From positions 25,067 to 89,066 of the IMG/VR virus record IMGVR_UViG_3300029611_000001: DNA of 64,000 nt; one strand, written 5' to 3'. The position numbers and the translations under genes were made by a program. The notes below the pieces were generated by a model. That model was not told where the DNA came from. It was given only the letters and a program-made list of their open reading frames with translations, and ran no database searches. The stretch comes from a virus. Lineage: Duplodnaviria; Heunggongvirae; Uroviricota; Caudoviricetes. Every line of letters starts with the position of its first letter. Positions within the stretch are counted from its first letter, which is position 1. Positions 50,367 to 60,133 of the stretch are shown here, piece after piece.

Positions 50367-51401
50367 TTAAAATTCTTTTTCGTTACCACCTTTTTTAGAG
50401 GTGGTTTTATCAAAAAGAGGGTCGTTAGGATCTGTTTTGGGATTATAGCTAAATATGCCTTTAGCTATTCTCTTCATATCTTCTTCTATGTTTGGATCTC
50501 CACATTCTCCCCTCATTATCTCGTCATACAACTTATCTTGTACTGGTAAAGCCTTATCTAACATTTCTTTGAACTTATCCCAATTGTAGTCTGAAGCCCT
50601 TCCCAATGCCTCTATTGCAGCTAAATGTTCTTTTAATTTAGGCTTTCCAAGATCCTCTGATAAGAATTGATGATCTTTTTTAGGTTTATACCCTTTCTCG
50701 TTTTTAGGGTTTCTTATCTTAAGTTCTTCAAGAACTCCCGGTCCAAGTCTTTTATAAACAATATCATTGATCCACTGACCAACAACGGCGGGCCTCTTAT
50801 GTATATTTTCCCAATCCCATCCCCTCATCTTGTAAATCATTTCAAAAAAGCTATCATTAAATGTTTTCACCCATTTACTTGCTTCCTCTGTAAGGAATTG
50901 ATTTAGGAATTTCTGTAGTTCGTCTTTCGCCCTATTTTTGTCTTCTTGATACCCTGTGGCTTCATCCACTAATGCTATGATACCAACTTTCGCGAGTGCT
51001 CTAACAATTATATCACATCTATTTATGACTGTTTGTTGATTGACACCTAAAGATGTTTTTTTGCTTAATGCACAATCTCTGGCATTAAGCATGATTTCGC
51101 AAATATCAGGTAATATTGTAGCTTCATAAGCCATTATTCTTCTATATCCTTTAAAACAAGGAAATGACTTATTTTTTACCGATAAATAACCATTTGGAAT
51201 ACAGTCGCTTATAGCTTTGGAGGATAGTATTTTTACTAATTTTGTACCCGATCTATCATTAGGATCGTCAAGTCCTAAAACGTTTTGCATTCCGGTAGTA
51301 GATAGGACTCTTCTACCATCCTCCAAAACGTAACAAGGAATTTTTAAACCATTGAGGTCTAATTCTCCTTCGTACTTGATTTTATTATCTATTTTTTCCA
51401 T
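50367..51401 (-). CDS. Antirepressor-like protein with Bro-N/KilA-N-like N-terminal domain and P63C-like C-terminal domain
   Basis: N-terminal LNGLKIPCYVLEDGRRVLSTTGMQNVLGL; C-terminal TGYQEDKNRAKDELQKFL...WVKTFNDSFFEMIYKMRGW. Confidence 0.5.
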   Translation of the reverse strand: MEKIDNKIKYEGELDLNGLKIPCYVLEDGRRVLSTTGMQNVLGLDDPNDRSGTKLVKILSSKAISDCIPNGYLSVKNKSFPCFKGYRRIMAYEATILPDICEIMLNARDCALSKKTSLGVNQQTVINRCDIIVRALAKVGIIALVDEATGYQEDKNRAKDELQKFLNQFLTEEASKWVKTFNDSFFEMIYKMRGWDWENIHKRPAVVGQWINDIVYKRLGPGVLEELKIRNPKNEKGYKPKKDHQFLSEDLGKPKLKEHLAAIEALGRASDYNWDKFKEMLDKALPVQDKLYDEIMRGECGDPNIEEDMKRIAKGIFSYNPKTDPNDPLFDKTTSKKGGNEKEF

Positions 51402-51405
51402 TGCA

Positions 51406-52317
51406 TTAATTAATTTGTGAATACCTTAATCGTCGTTTGGTATTCTGCAAAAATACATCGAATCTTTCAGATTCCGATAGATGTTTCGTGTTATATCTGA
51501 AAGATTCGCAATCTACATATCTTTGAAGATGTTTTCTCGACACCCAGAAATGGGTTCCAGAAATCATTTTCTTCAAATGGCTCCAATATCCTTCGATTGT
51601 GTTTGTTGATCTTCTGCCTATTACATACGCTCCCTTTTTGTGATATACTTTTTGATGATCAAACTTTTCTTTGTCGATCCCGTTATACGCATACCATTCG
51701 TCAGAATATATGGTAGAATTAGGATGAACGGTATTGTATATCAAAGGAAGTAAGGTTTTACCTTTTGTGTCTGTAACGACATAAGCGACAACAAATCCTT
51801 CTCGTTGGAGTGTCCCAAACACAGGGGTTTTATCTTTTAAAGATCTCCCCTGTGCATCTTTAACTTTATCCTTACTATGTCTATTCTTGTTTTTGCCACC
51901 AATATAAGTTTCATCCACTTCAATCTCGCCTTTCAAACACGGCTCTTTTATTTCAATACTAAAACAATTGTGAATACGTTGAAGCATAAACCAAGCCGTT
52001 TTCTGTGTTACTCCCACGATTTTAGACAACTGTAAAGATGATACTCCTCTTTTCATTTCAACAACAAAATAACAAGCCAACATCCATTTTCGTAATGAGA
52101 CTTTCGAATTTTCAAAAATCGTTCCTGTACGAACATTGAAGTATTTACCCGTGTTTTTACACTTGTACCTATTTCCTTTGCATTTATACACCTTAGATTC
52201 CGGATCAAAAGGAGAAACAACGTGATCTCCCCACCTTTCTTTTTCAAGAAAGGTTATACACGCTTGCTCATCAGGGAACAATTTTGAAAATTCGGGAAGT
52301 GATTTAAAATCGAACAT
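51406..52317 (-). mobile_element. IS1595-family (ISXO2-like DDE) transposase gene
   Basis: VEIDETYIGGKNKN and NTIEGYWSHLKKMI motifs; N-terminal zinc-binding region. Confidence 0.7.
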
Positions 52318-52485
52318 ACTTCTTATCTTTATATTGGATTATAAAAATACAAAAATATATTCATATAACCAACTAAAAATCAATTAAATTCATCGAATAT
52401 ATGATTTTGAATTATTTTTTTTTGTTGTTAAATTTCTAATTCTTTTCTATTTTTGAGGACTGTCTAACTTAATAATACTAATATC

Positions 52486-52863
52486 ATGGAAAATGGAAAA
52501 TGCTATGTTAAAGAAGTAATAGATTTTTCTATTAGAGAAATATCCTCTAATGAAAAAGTTATAATTTTTATTTGCGACACAAAACAACATGCAGAAGAAT
52601 TACTATCAAATATAAAGGAAAACGAAATAATTTACTTCCAAATGATAATAAACGACGGTAAAGTATCCTTTTTAATTAGACAGAGTAATCATCCCAATAT
52701 TGATATGATATATGAAACGGGTTATAAATATTCAGAATATAAACCATTTGAGTGGATTCTTAATAATCAAGTAAAATTCTTCTCTACTGGATATTATATT
52801 GATGACAAAAATACACTCGGTATAATTACAAATTACATTTGCTTGCCTCTACGAATCAAATAA
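52486..52863 (+). CDS. Hypothetical protein (125 aa), lone plus-strand gene in minus-strand block
   Basis: ORF. Confidence 0.45.
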   Translation: MENGKCYVKEVIDFSIREISSNEKVIIFICDTKQHAEELLSNIKENEIIYFQMIINDGKVSFLIRQSNHPNIDMIYETGYKYSEYKPFEWILNNQVKFFSTGYYIDDKNTLGIITNYICLPLRIK

Positions 52864-52987
52864 CATTCTCCTTTTTTATTAGGATGCTTCTTAAACGGAT
52901 CTTTTGGCAAATATATGTATTCATACTTATCAGTACATTTTTTTTGTTTCTCTAAATTAGATGAAGTGTTTTTTCTTTTTTCTTGTC

Positions 52988-53033
52988 TCATAATTTTAAC
53001 TTTTAAAAGTGAATAATTAATTGATTTATAAAA
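52988..53033 (-). repeat. Copy 2 of about 45-bp conserved element (TGAATAATTAATTGATTTATAAAAA)
   Basis: Matches 46664-46707; precedes a roughly 48-aa minus-strand ORF (ATG at 52988-90). Confidence 0.6.
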
Positions 53034-53087
53034 AGAAAGCGGTGATAAACTAAGTTACCACCGCTTTTACTATCATATTGTTTCGTA

Positions 53088-53483
53088 TTACTTTATTTTG
53101 TACATTGAGAAATCTTCAAAATCACCAGATATACAATCAAGTTTCAGCCAACCTTCTGACACCTTTACATCATAAACAATAGGTGGCTCAGGGTCACTAT
53201 CAAATACAATGACTAATCTCATTGTATTTTTATCAAAAGAGTATGTGAAAGGATCTGGGCTTTTCTTTTTGCCTTCATTGTAATATACAGTCATTACGCC
53301 TGTATCGTCATTATAAAATGTGAGTTCGAAAAATTCATCTGCGGGGAATTGCTCTCCCCATGAACCTATTAATATGCTGTTATTGTCATTATTCACATTA
53401 TCATCGTTACACGAAAATGTGAATAAAAGTAGCAAGGTTAATAATATATGTAGTACTTGTTTCATGTTATTGTTAAAATTCAT
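53088..53483 (-). CDS. Lipoprotein (signal peptide plus Cys lipobox)
   Basis: MKQVLHILLTLLLLFTFSCNDD. Confidence 0.55.
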   Translation of the reverse strand: MNFNNNMKQVLHILLTLLLLFTFSCNDDNVNNDNNSILIGSWGEQFPADEFFELTFYNDDTGVMTVYYNEGKKKSPDPFTYSFDKNTMRLVIVFDSDPEPPIVYDVKVSEGWLKLDCISGDFEDFSMYKIK

Positions 53484-54177
53484 ATCCGACCTTTATACTA
53501 AATCCGTTCATGTCACCACTTCCATCTCCCCATTCTTCATCAAATGATACCTTTTGTATAGAATATCCTATACCTAAATTAACAGCTTGTTTTTTAGTAG
53601 TCATAAACCGTACACCAATAAAAGGGTTACAATACAATCCACCTTTTTTTGCATGTCTTGGTGCTTCTTTGGTATTGAACTTATACCCTATTCTTAATGC
53701 AATAAAAGGTGATATTGGACCATTTAAGGCATATCCTCTCACATCAGCAAATATAGGTATGCTTACTGTTGAATAATCGGTCATATAGTGTATGCCGGTT
53801 CCACCTCCTACAAATAAATACTGATTGATTTGGCTTCCATACGTGAAATATAATTCTGGACCTTTGTATCCACCTGCCCAGTATCCAAGATCAATCATAA
53901 ATCTACTCCCTGTCAAATCGTACTTTTCATTGGATATCTTAAATGGAATTTTAGATTCTTTCTCTTCTTTGGTTATTTTACTGATATCTTCCATAGGGTA
54001 CACAAACGTACTACCATCAGAAGTGCGAATAGTAATTTGCTTGTCTGGTATCTGCTCGATAATAACCCCTTTTATAACACTTCCATTTTTTAAATGAATA
54101 GCTTCAACCATTTTGTTCTGTGAGTAAGCGCATACACTACCCAATAGAACAACTAACAATAATAGATACTTTTTCAT
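53473..54177 (-). CDS. Outer-membrane beta-barrel protein (signal peptide, C-terminal aromatic residue)
   Basis: MKKYLLLLVVLLGSVCAYSQ signal peptide; alternating beta pattern; ends ...VGYEF. Confidence 0.55.
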   Translation of the reverse strand: MKKYLLLLVVLLGSVCAYSQNKMVEAIHLKNGSVIKGVIIEQIPDKQITIRTSDGSTFVYPMEDISKITKEEKESKIPFKISNEKYDLTGSRFMIDLGYWAGGYKGPELYFTYGSQINQYLFVGGGTGIHYMTDYSTVSIPIFADVRGYALNGPISPFIALRIGYKFNTKEAPRHAKKGGLYCNPFIGVRFMTTKKQAVNLGIGYSIQKVSFDEEWGDGSGDMNGFSIKVGYEF

Positions 54178-54672
54178 ATGAAATAATTTTGCTCTTTCTG
54201 CCTCCTTCGAAAGATTAACAAAAAAAAGAAGCGTGGAGACTATTGGATACTACCGCATTGAGGTCTTGGACTACCCTTCGCACAATAGTAAACAATAGCC
54301 CCACGCCTTATGTCAGTATACTATTATCCCTCTTGTATAATCAGAATGCGTATACAACAACATAGGCGTAGGAGCTGTATGTCTATTATCTTGTGCGAAT
54401 GAAAGTGTCCAAGTTTCAATGCAAGATAATATCTTAACGCTTCTACGTCTTTATTCTAATACGTGAGGGCAAAGATAGTTATTCTATCTAATATTTTAAA
54501 ACGGCTTAAAAGGATTTAATTTGATGTAAAATGAATATTGGGAATTTTAACAGTTCGTATTTTTGCATAAACAACAAAATATCTAAGATCATGAACAAAT
54601 GCAAAAAGCCATCAAGAAAAACAGCCAGTAAAGCAGGCAAGTTATTAAGAAAGAAGATATCTTCCAAAGATG

Positions 54673-55017
54673 TTAAAACTCTTGCAGGTTACACTTTACA
54701 AGCCGCTTCCCGTCGTGGAAAAAGTAAGAGTGGTTGCCAAAAGAAAGGAAAATAAGTTCTTTAATACAAGCTTTTGGTATGGTCATTATACCAGAAGCTT
54801 GTTCTAATGTATTGGAATTACCAACAGCATAATGACCAGCTACAGATATAGATCTCTCATTTTCATGTACAACAATACCATAGCTCTCTATTTCTGATAT
54901 ATCTGTTTCGTAATCCTCCAGATCTACCCATGTTCTTTCTGATAGGTTGGAATCTATCCACTTAACTAATACCCGCTTGTTTAAAAGCGATTCTTTTTTA
55001 TGTCTATTCTTTTTCAT
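54673..55017 (-). CDS. Hypothetical protein (114 aa)
   Basis: ORF. Confidence 0.45.
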   Translation of the reverse strand: MKKNRHKKESLLNKRVLVKWIDSNLSERTWVDLEDYETDISEIESYGIVVHENERSISVAGHYAVGNSNTLEQASGIMTIPKACIKELIFLSFGNHSYFFHDGKRLVKCNLQEF

Positions 55018-55126
55018 AACTTGTTATATTGATTTTTTAGTAAACGAAAAGAGATTGTGCCAGCATTTTGACACAATCTCAATTATATGGGAATAATACT
55101 AAGGAAAGGTGTAAAGTGGTATATAA

Positions 55127-55420
55127 TTACCTGAAATAATTAAAAAGCCTATACCATCCCTTTCCGTTACATGTTTCACAATTCCATATTCCAGCAAGCT
55201 TCCTATATCCCCTTACCGGTATTCTCTCTATTTCTTTTGGTACGATCTTGACATACTTTCCTTCTCCGATTGGTATGGTCATATTACCTGCCTCTTTCGT
55301 GCAAAAGTATTCTATTTCAGATGCCATTCCTTTATACATATAGAACCGGTATAAGTTCCCGTCAGGGTCTACCCGATCCATGTAATATAATATCACTTTA
55401 TCTACTTTTATCGTTTTCAT
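55127..55420 (-). CDS. Hypothetical protein (97 aa)
   Basis: ORF. Confidence 0.45.
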   Translation of the reverse strand: MKTIKVDKVILYYMDRVDPDGNLYRFYMYKGMASEIEYFCTKEAGNMTIPIGEGKYVKIVPKEIERIPVRGYRKLAGIWNCETCNGKGWYRLFNYFR

Positions 55421-55668
55421 TCCTTTATTCTACTTATCTTTAAATTGTTATTCCCACAGTATTCCTTCAACCAACTATCCGTTAGATAACGATTAACTCT
55501 ATCGTATTCCTTTTTCGGACCCTTGCTCCAGAATTTCCATTCGTTTGTAATATCGTTCCCATATTTATCAAACCAATAGATATAATATACTACATTACCG
55601 TATAAATCCACTCTTTTTCTTTCCTGTATGACTACCTCGTAAGGCATTTCCTTGTCTCTTTTCTCCAT
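55417..55668 (-). CDS. Hypothetical protein (83 aa)
   Basis: ORF. Confidence 0.45.
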   Translation of the reverse strand: MEKRDKEMPYEVVIQERKRVDLYGNVVYYIYWFDKYGNDITNEWKFWSKGPKKEYDRVNRYLTDSWLKEYCGNNNLKISRIKE

Positions 55669-55742
55669 CTTTATCCTCCTTTCTTAAAAAAAACGACACC
55701 TATCTTCACAGACCAGTGCCGGCAACTAACTTACATGGAAAA

Positions 55743-56153
55743 CTACTTAACCTCAACTAATTCTACAGAGCTGTAGAATTTAGTGAAGCTACCAACAAAT
55801 TCTCTTATATTTTTATATTCTTCTGGTCGTTTTCTGTTACCGTCTTTTATATAATTTACCCACAGTCTATCCTCTATGTTCTTAACCGCATTCTCTATAG
55901 TAAATTTGTCGCTGACACACATTAAACACGAAGACCCGGTTTTCTTATGTGGTTTATACACCCTTGAAAAAGACCACATTTTTATCCTGTCGTATATATA
56001 TCCGTTGTTGGGATAAACGAATCCTATTCGTTTATCACCTTCTTTGGCGTAAAATACACCCGGTTCCTTTCCTCCCTTTCTATATACCACAAATCCTTTT
56101 TCTTTTAGGATCTTAACTACTTTATCTAATTCATTTTCTACGTTCATTTTCAT
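55743..56153 (-). CDS. Hypothetical protein (136 aa)
   Basis: ORF. Confidence 0.5.
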   Translation of the reverse strand: MKMNVENELDKVVKILKEKGFVVYRKGGKEPGVFYAKEGDKRIGFVYPNNGYIYDRIKMWSFSRVYKPHKKTGSSCLMCVSDKFTIENAVKNIEDRLWVNYIKDGNRKRPEEYKNIREFVGSFTKFYSSVELVEVK

Positions 56154-56604
56154 GCAAAAATTTAAAAACGACCCTCATTACATCTCCAAAGTTCTCCACT
56201 TTAACCCACTCATGAGCTACTGCTCTAAGTACGGATGTTTCGTATGTTGGAACATTGTCTTCTTCAACCACCTTACAAGAAGCCAGAACCCCTTCGGTCG
56301 GCTTTAGTCCACGGTCATGCAGCTCGCAGAGACCGTCCGGCCGGCGGAATGCGCACCACCCATCTTTCACTGTCGGCTGGATCATCGCTATTGGTTTTTC
56401 TTTCACTGCAAGATACCCTACCATCCACATTGTTTCTTTTAGCCTGTCAGCGTATCCGGCATCTATGATAGCTTCTATGTCTTTTGGCGTACCAATACAA
56501 GGAACCTCACACATGTTCTTGCATTTATCACATGTACAAGGCTGCTCCCATCTATTATGATCTATGCCAACCAACCTCTTTATCCGTTCTACTTCCTCTT
56601 TCAT
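56131..56604 (-). CDS. Cys-rich hypothetical protein (157 aa)
   Basis: ORF; CTCDKCKNMCEVPC. Confidence 0.5.
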   Translation of the reverse strand: MKEEVERIKRLVGIDHNRWEQPCTCDKCKNMCEVPCIGTPKDIEAIIDAGYADRLKETMWMVGYLAVKEKPIAMIQPTVKDGWCAFRRPDGLCELHDRGLKPTEGVLASCKVVEEDNVPTYETSVLRAVAHEWVKVENFGDVMRVVFKFLHENERRK

Positions 56605-56605
56605 A

Positions 56606-56890
56606 TTATACTGTCTCTGTTAGTTTTTCATAATACAACTTCATTTCCGGTGAAGCGTATTCCATGAACGCTTCGAATAAGCGAGGCACCTCTATTATCA
56701 TATTCACATTACAACCTTCTGCCTGTGAAAGCGATTCAAGATCATTACTGTATGAACATGTTACATGAGCTCCTACATTAAACACATGTAAATCTAATCT
56801 TACATATTCCATACATAAATCTAACGCTTTAAACAAGTTCTTTACTTCATTCTTGTCAAAAAGTTCTACAAATTCTCTCAACCCCATCAT
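56606..56890 (-). CDS. Hypothetical protein (94 aa)
   Basis: ORF. Confidence 0.45.
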   Translation of the reverse strand: MMGLREFVELFDKNEVKNLFKALDLCMEYVRLDLHVFNVGAHVTCSYSNDLESLSQAEGCNVNMIIEVPRLFEAFMEYASPEMKLYYEKLTETV

Positions 56891-57270
56891 TTTACTATCC
56901 TTTCTACGTGTTTAATTAATACTACTGCTATTCCCTTACCGGTTTTTATCGCACATTCCGATCCTTTTATCCATTCTACACACCCTACATACTTTTCCGT
57001 AGCATGAAATCCGGGATTGTATTTTCCAGATGTACTGAACTCTACCGTATCCCCTACCTTCAGATCATCAAAAGCGACAGACCATGTGGTCCAAATTCTA
57101 TCATGTCTCCCAGGCTGAATGGCCCCAATTACGCCCTTCTTACGACCGTTTTTTATTGCCCTTAGTATTATCTTCCTATCACCTTCGATAAGGCTGCAAA
57201 AGCGCCCGTAAAAGGTCAAATCAACCTGTTTTCCTCCTATTTCTTCTCTTATTTTTGTTATTCTGTTCAT
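56887..57270 (-). CDS. Hypothetical protein (127 aa)
   Basis: ORF. Confidence 0.5.
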   Translation of the reverse strand: MNRITKIREEIGGKQVDLTFYGRFCSLIEGDRKIILRAIKNGRKKGVIGAIQPGRHDRIWTTWSVAFDDLKVGDTVEFSTSGKYNPGFHATEKYVGCVEWIKGSECAIKTGKGIAVVLIKHVERIVK

Positions 57271-57514
57271 TTTCTGATTTTGTTTTATTTTTTTCTTTGT
57301 TTTTTCTATCTTCTATAGAAGATGATAATAACATTATCTTTTCTATGTTACTTTTTGACTGTAAAAAAGAATCGCATTTCATTACTACTACCACCTTCTT
57401 AAGTTCCCCATTATCATACAGCGATACACGCATCATGTTTTGCACCTCGTCCACTATCAGACCTGGAGTAGTCTTAGCCATTTTGCGTAGCTTATTATAC
57501 TCCGGTCTTTCCAT
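57221..57514 (-). CDS. Hypothetical basic protein (97 aa, overlaps neighbours)
   Basis: ORF. Confidence 0.35.
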   Translation of the reverse strand: MERPEYNKLRKMAKTTPGLIVDEVQNMMRVSLYDNGELKKVVVVMKCDSFLQSKSNIEKIMLLSSSIEDRKNKEKNKTKSENEQNNKNKRRNRRKTG

Positions 57515-57779
57515 TTCCTCTGTTTATTGCTCTATAGTATTTATCCTTATCCCCTTCTTTCAACTTCTCCAGATAGAAAATTCCATCATGTAAATGAGAC
57601 AAACAAAACCTGTATCCGTATTTCTGTACTCTTCTTACATGATCCCGCAGTCTTATCTCTTCACTTTTGTCTTGTACTTTGATTTTAATACTGTCTCCTT
57701 CTTTGATTGTGTATAAAATAGTTTGAATCTCTTCTTTTTTCATCTTATAAAATATTTTAACGGCAGCACCTATACTCAC
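57495..57779 (-). CDS. Hypothetical protein (94 aa)
   Basis: ORF. Confidence 0.45.
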   Translation of the reverse strand: MSIGAAVKIFYKMKKEEIQTILYTIKEGDSIKIKVQDKSEEIRLRDHVRRVQKYGYRFCLSHLHDGIFYLEKLKEGDKDKYYRAINRGNGKTGV

Positions 57780-57806
57780 GCACCACTACTGCCTTATGTT
57801 TAACAA

Positions 57807-58616
57807 TTAAATACTTAACTCTTCAATGGTCAAGCCTTTTTCTTTTGCCCATTTTAACATTGAGCATAATTCTGTTTCTGATTTATATTTCGGATCACGC
57901 CACGCCCATCCGAATTTATCCAGGACATGATGATATAATTCGTCGGCCTTTGCCGTGTAAATGTCTTTGAATAAATGCTCCGAACCTTCTGGTATAAGCA
58001 TCTCTGTTGTTGCAAAATCAGAATACGACAAACATCCGTAAGCGTATTCTGTTATTTTACTCCACGCTTCTCCGGCTTTAAATCCAAATTCTTTTACAAA
58101 AGCCAAAGTTAGATACATATTTAATAATATTGTTACATCATATCCCGAATCTGACTTTCTTTCTATTATTTCCTCTTCAAATTCCTTTAAATCTTCAGGC
58201 CCAAAAAAGATGTATCCTGGTACCGACCGGTAATTAGCCTCCGCATACTTCTTGCATTTATCATCATTGACAATCTTACCAATGTTAAATAACATCTTTT
58301 GCCTCCATTCATCACAAAACTCTACCTCTACGTTCATCCAATCGGTACCATAATTGTATTCTTTTGGATGTCCGACCGATGTTACCTTTATGTTATTTAC
58401 GCCATATCCGTAAAGGTATTCACTTACCTCATTCGCCCATTCCTGTACAAAAGGAATAAACTTATTGCAATAAGAATCAAAATCAAAATCCGATTCTTCC
58501 TCATATTCCGGCATCTCTTCATAATCTTGTTCAAAGAAATAGCGAGGATCCGCTATTGTTTCATAGAAACTTACGTTAATGAAACAAAACTCGTTGGTTG
58601 TCGTTTTTAATATCAC
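57807..58616 (-). CDS. Hypothetical protein (269 aa)
   Basis: ORF. Confidence 0.55.
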   Translation of the reverse strand: MILKTTTNEFCFINVSFYETIADPRYFFEQDYEEMPEYEEESDFDFDSYCNKFIPFVQEWANEVSEYLYGYGVNNIKVTSVGHPKEYNYGTDWMNVEVEFCDEWRQKMLFNIGKIVNDDKCKKYAEANYRSVPGYIFFGPEDLKEFEEEIIERKSDSGYDVTILLNMYLTLAFVKEFGFKAGEAWSKITEYAYGCLSYSDFATTEMLIPEGSEHLFKDIYTAKADELYHHVLDKFGWAWRDPKYKSETELCSMLKWAKEKGLTIEELSI

Positions 58617-58867
58617 AGCTTTTTGTATTTACGTACATTTTTCGTGCCATAGAATCTACACATGGCACGAATCTGACTATAAAATACTTTTGTCCTCCTG
58701 GCCTCAAAGTATTTAAACATTTCTTCATTCTTTGTTTCCCACACGTAATCCGTTTGGGAACTCATGTGATTTTTGTCCTTGCGTGAATAATGGTAATATG
58801 ATACCACAACACGTTTCGCACCATTCTTTATAGGTACGATATTCACATCTATGTTATTATCTGTCAT
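58613..58867 (-). CDS. Hypothetical protein (84 aa)
   Basis: ORF. Confidence 0.45.
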   Translation of the reverse strand: MTDNNIDVNIVPIKNGAKRVVVSYYHYSRKDKNHMSSQTDYVWETKNEEMFKYFEARRTKVFYSQIRAMCRFYGTKNVRKYKKL

Positions 58868-58986
58868 CTTATTATTGTTTTATGCATTATATAAATACAA
58901 AGAGCGCATACCTTCACAGGCCGGCGCTCCTTTCAATAAAAATGAAAAAACTAACATTACATAAACATATTGTTTTTTAATCTTTA

Positions 58987-59220
58987 TTACAATACTTTTG
59001 TTCCGCAATTATTATATCTTCCGTACTCTTTTTTCGTATCATTCAAGATTTCAAAAACCATCTTCTTGTGATCTTCGTTTGGTAACCTATCCTTAACAGC
59101 CGATATTACGCCCGCTATAGACGTAAAGCCTGAATCTGTTATTGAACACAGCAACACACCTCTGTCGGCTCCGGTGCTTATTGCTGACGCCTTTATAATA
59201 TCATTCTTGTATATTCTCAT
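58987..59220 (-). CDS. Hypothetical protein (77 aa)
   Basis: ORF. Confidence 0.4.
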   Translation of the reverse strand: MRIYKNDIIKASAISTGADRGVLLCSITDSGFTSIAGVISAVKDRLPNEDHKKMVFEILNDTKKEYGRYNNCGTKVL

Positions 59221-59398
59221 AATCTTTCGTTTTATTATCTACAAACTTATCTATATCGTCTCTTATTCTTTTTAGCACTCCGGCTATAATTGTCGGCATT
59301 TCTCCTCCGGTACGGTTCAGAGTTTCTATCACCCCGTCAATCTTACCCATTTGACGCCATAAGAAATTGGCGTCTTTCGCATTAAATTCCCCCATCAT
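59201..59398 (-). CDS. Hypothetical protein (65 aa)
   Basis: ORF. Confidence 0.4.
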   Translation of the reverse strand: MMGEFNAKDANFLWRQMGKIDGVIETLNRTGGEMPTIIAGVLKRIRDDIDKFVDNKTKDYENIQE

Positions 59399-59475
59399 GT
59401 CTTATTTTACAGTAAACAACTTGCTTTTTTAAGCACCAGTCTTGCGATTCTGAGAGTGAACACCGTCCTGTGTTG

Positions 59476-59631
59476 TTAAAAAAATATACAATCTTTGCAG
59501 AACATAACAGGCTCTTCGTCGTCACTAACTACTTTGACCTCATACTCTATGCCATACAATTTTAATCTAAATACATCCCCTGCTTCTTTAGAAGACAAAT
59601 CCATGTTCGGACCGAATGTTATTACTTCCAT
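59476..59631 (-). CDS. Small hypothetical protein (51 aa, below ORF-track cutoff)
   Basis: ATG at 59629-31 (minus) to TAA at 59476-78. Confidence 0.3.
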   Translation of the reverse strand: MEVITFGPNMDLSSKEAGDVFRLKLYGIEYEVKVVSDDEEPVMFCKDCIFF

Positions 59632-59649
59632 ATAATTATGTTTTATTGT

Positions 59650-59745
59650 TTGTGAGATGCCCAGAATCGAACCAGGACCGGCACATACGCACCGGCACGC
59701 CGCGTCATCCCTCTATGATACAGAAATAGGCATGTCTATCCTCAC
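59650..59745 (-). tRNA. tRNA-like element: canonical T-arm (GGTTCGATTCT) and acceptor 3' strand; 5' half not resolvable by hand (possible tRNA gene, intron-containing tRNA or tRNA 3' fragment)
   Basis: Plus strand TGTGAGATGCCCAGAATCGAACCAGG is the reverse complement of a tRNA T-loop/acceptor end; sits in an intergenic gap; 8-bp perfect hairpin GGCATGTC...GACATGCC upstream. Confidence 0.4.
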
Positions 59746-59804
59746 GAACCGACATGCCAAAACCCAAAACTTAATTTGATGAATAAAATAGATTAACAAA
59801 AATA

Positions 59805-60119
59805 CTATTCTAATTCTTTTATAATATCTTTCACAATATTCAGCCTCACCTCCTTCGTTTCTGGACTAAGACAACCAAACCACCCATAAAACGTTCTTGT
59901 TTCCTCTGGTTCTGTGGCCATACTTATCTTCTCCTCCAATTCCGGGAAATATATTCTCACCATTTCGTCTGAACGAAACTCATATATATTTTTATGTGTT
60001 TTGAGATACATAAACACTACATTTCTTAACGCAACACATATGTATTCCCCATCCTCTAACCTATCAATCATCTCATATACCTTTTTCCATATGAATAATC
60101 GCTCTTCTTTTGTAAACAT
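59805..60119 (-). CDS. Hypothetical protein (104 aa)
   Basis: ORF. Confidence 0.5.
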   Translation of the reverse strand: MFTKEERLFIWKKVYEMIDRLEDGEYICVALRNVVFMYLKTHKNIYEFRSDEMVRIYFPELEEKISMATEPEETRTFYGWFGCLSPETKEVRLNIVKDIIKELE

Positions 60120-60133
60120 ATCCTTCTTTATTT

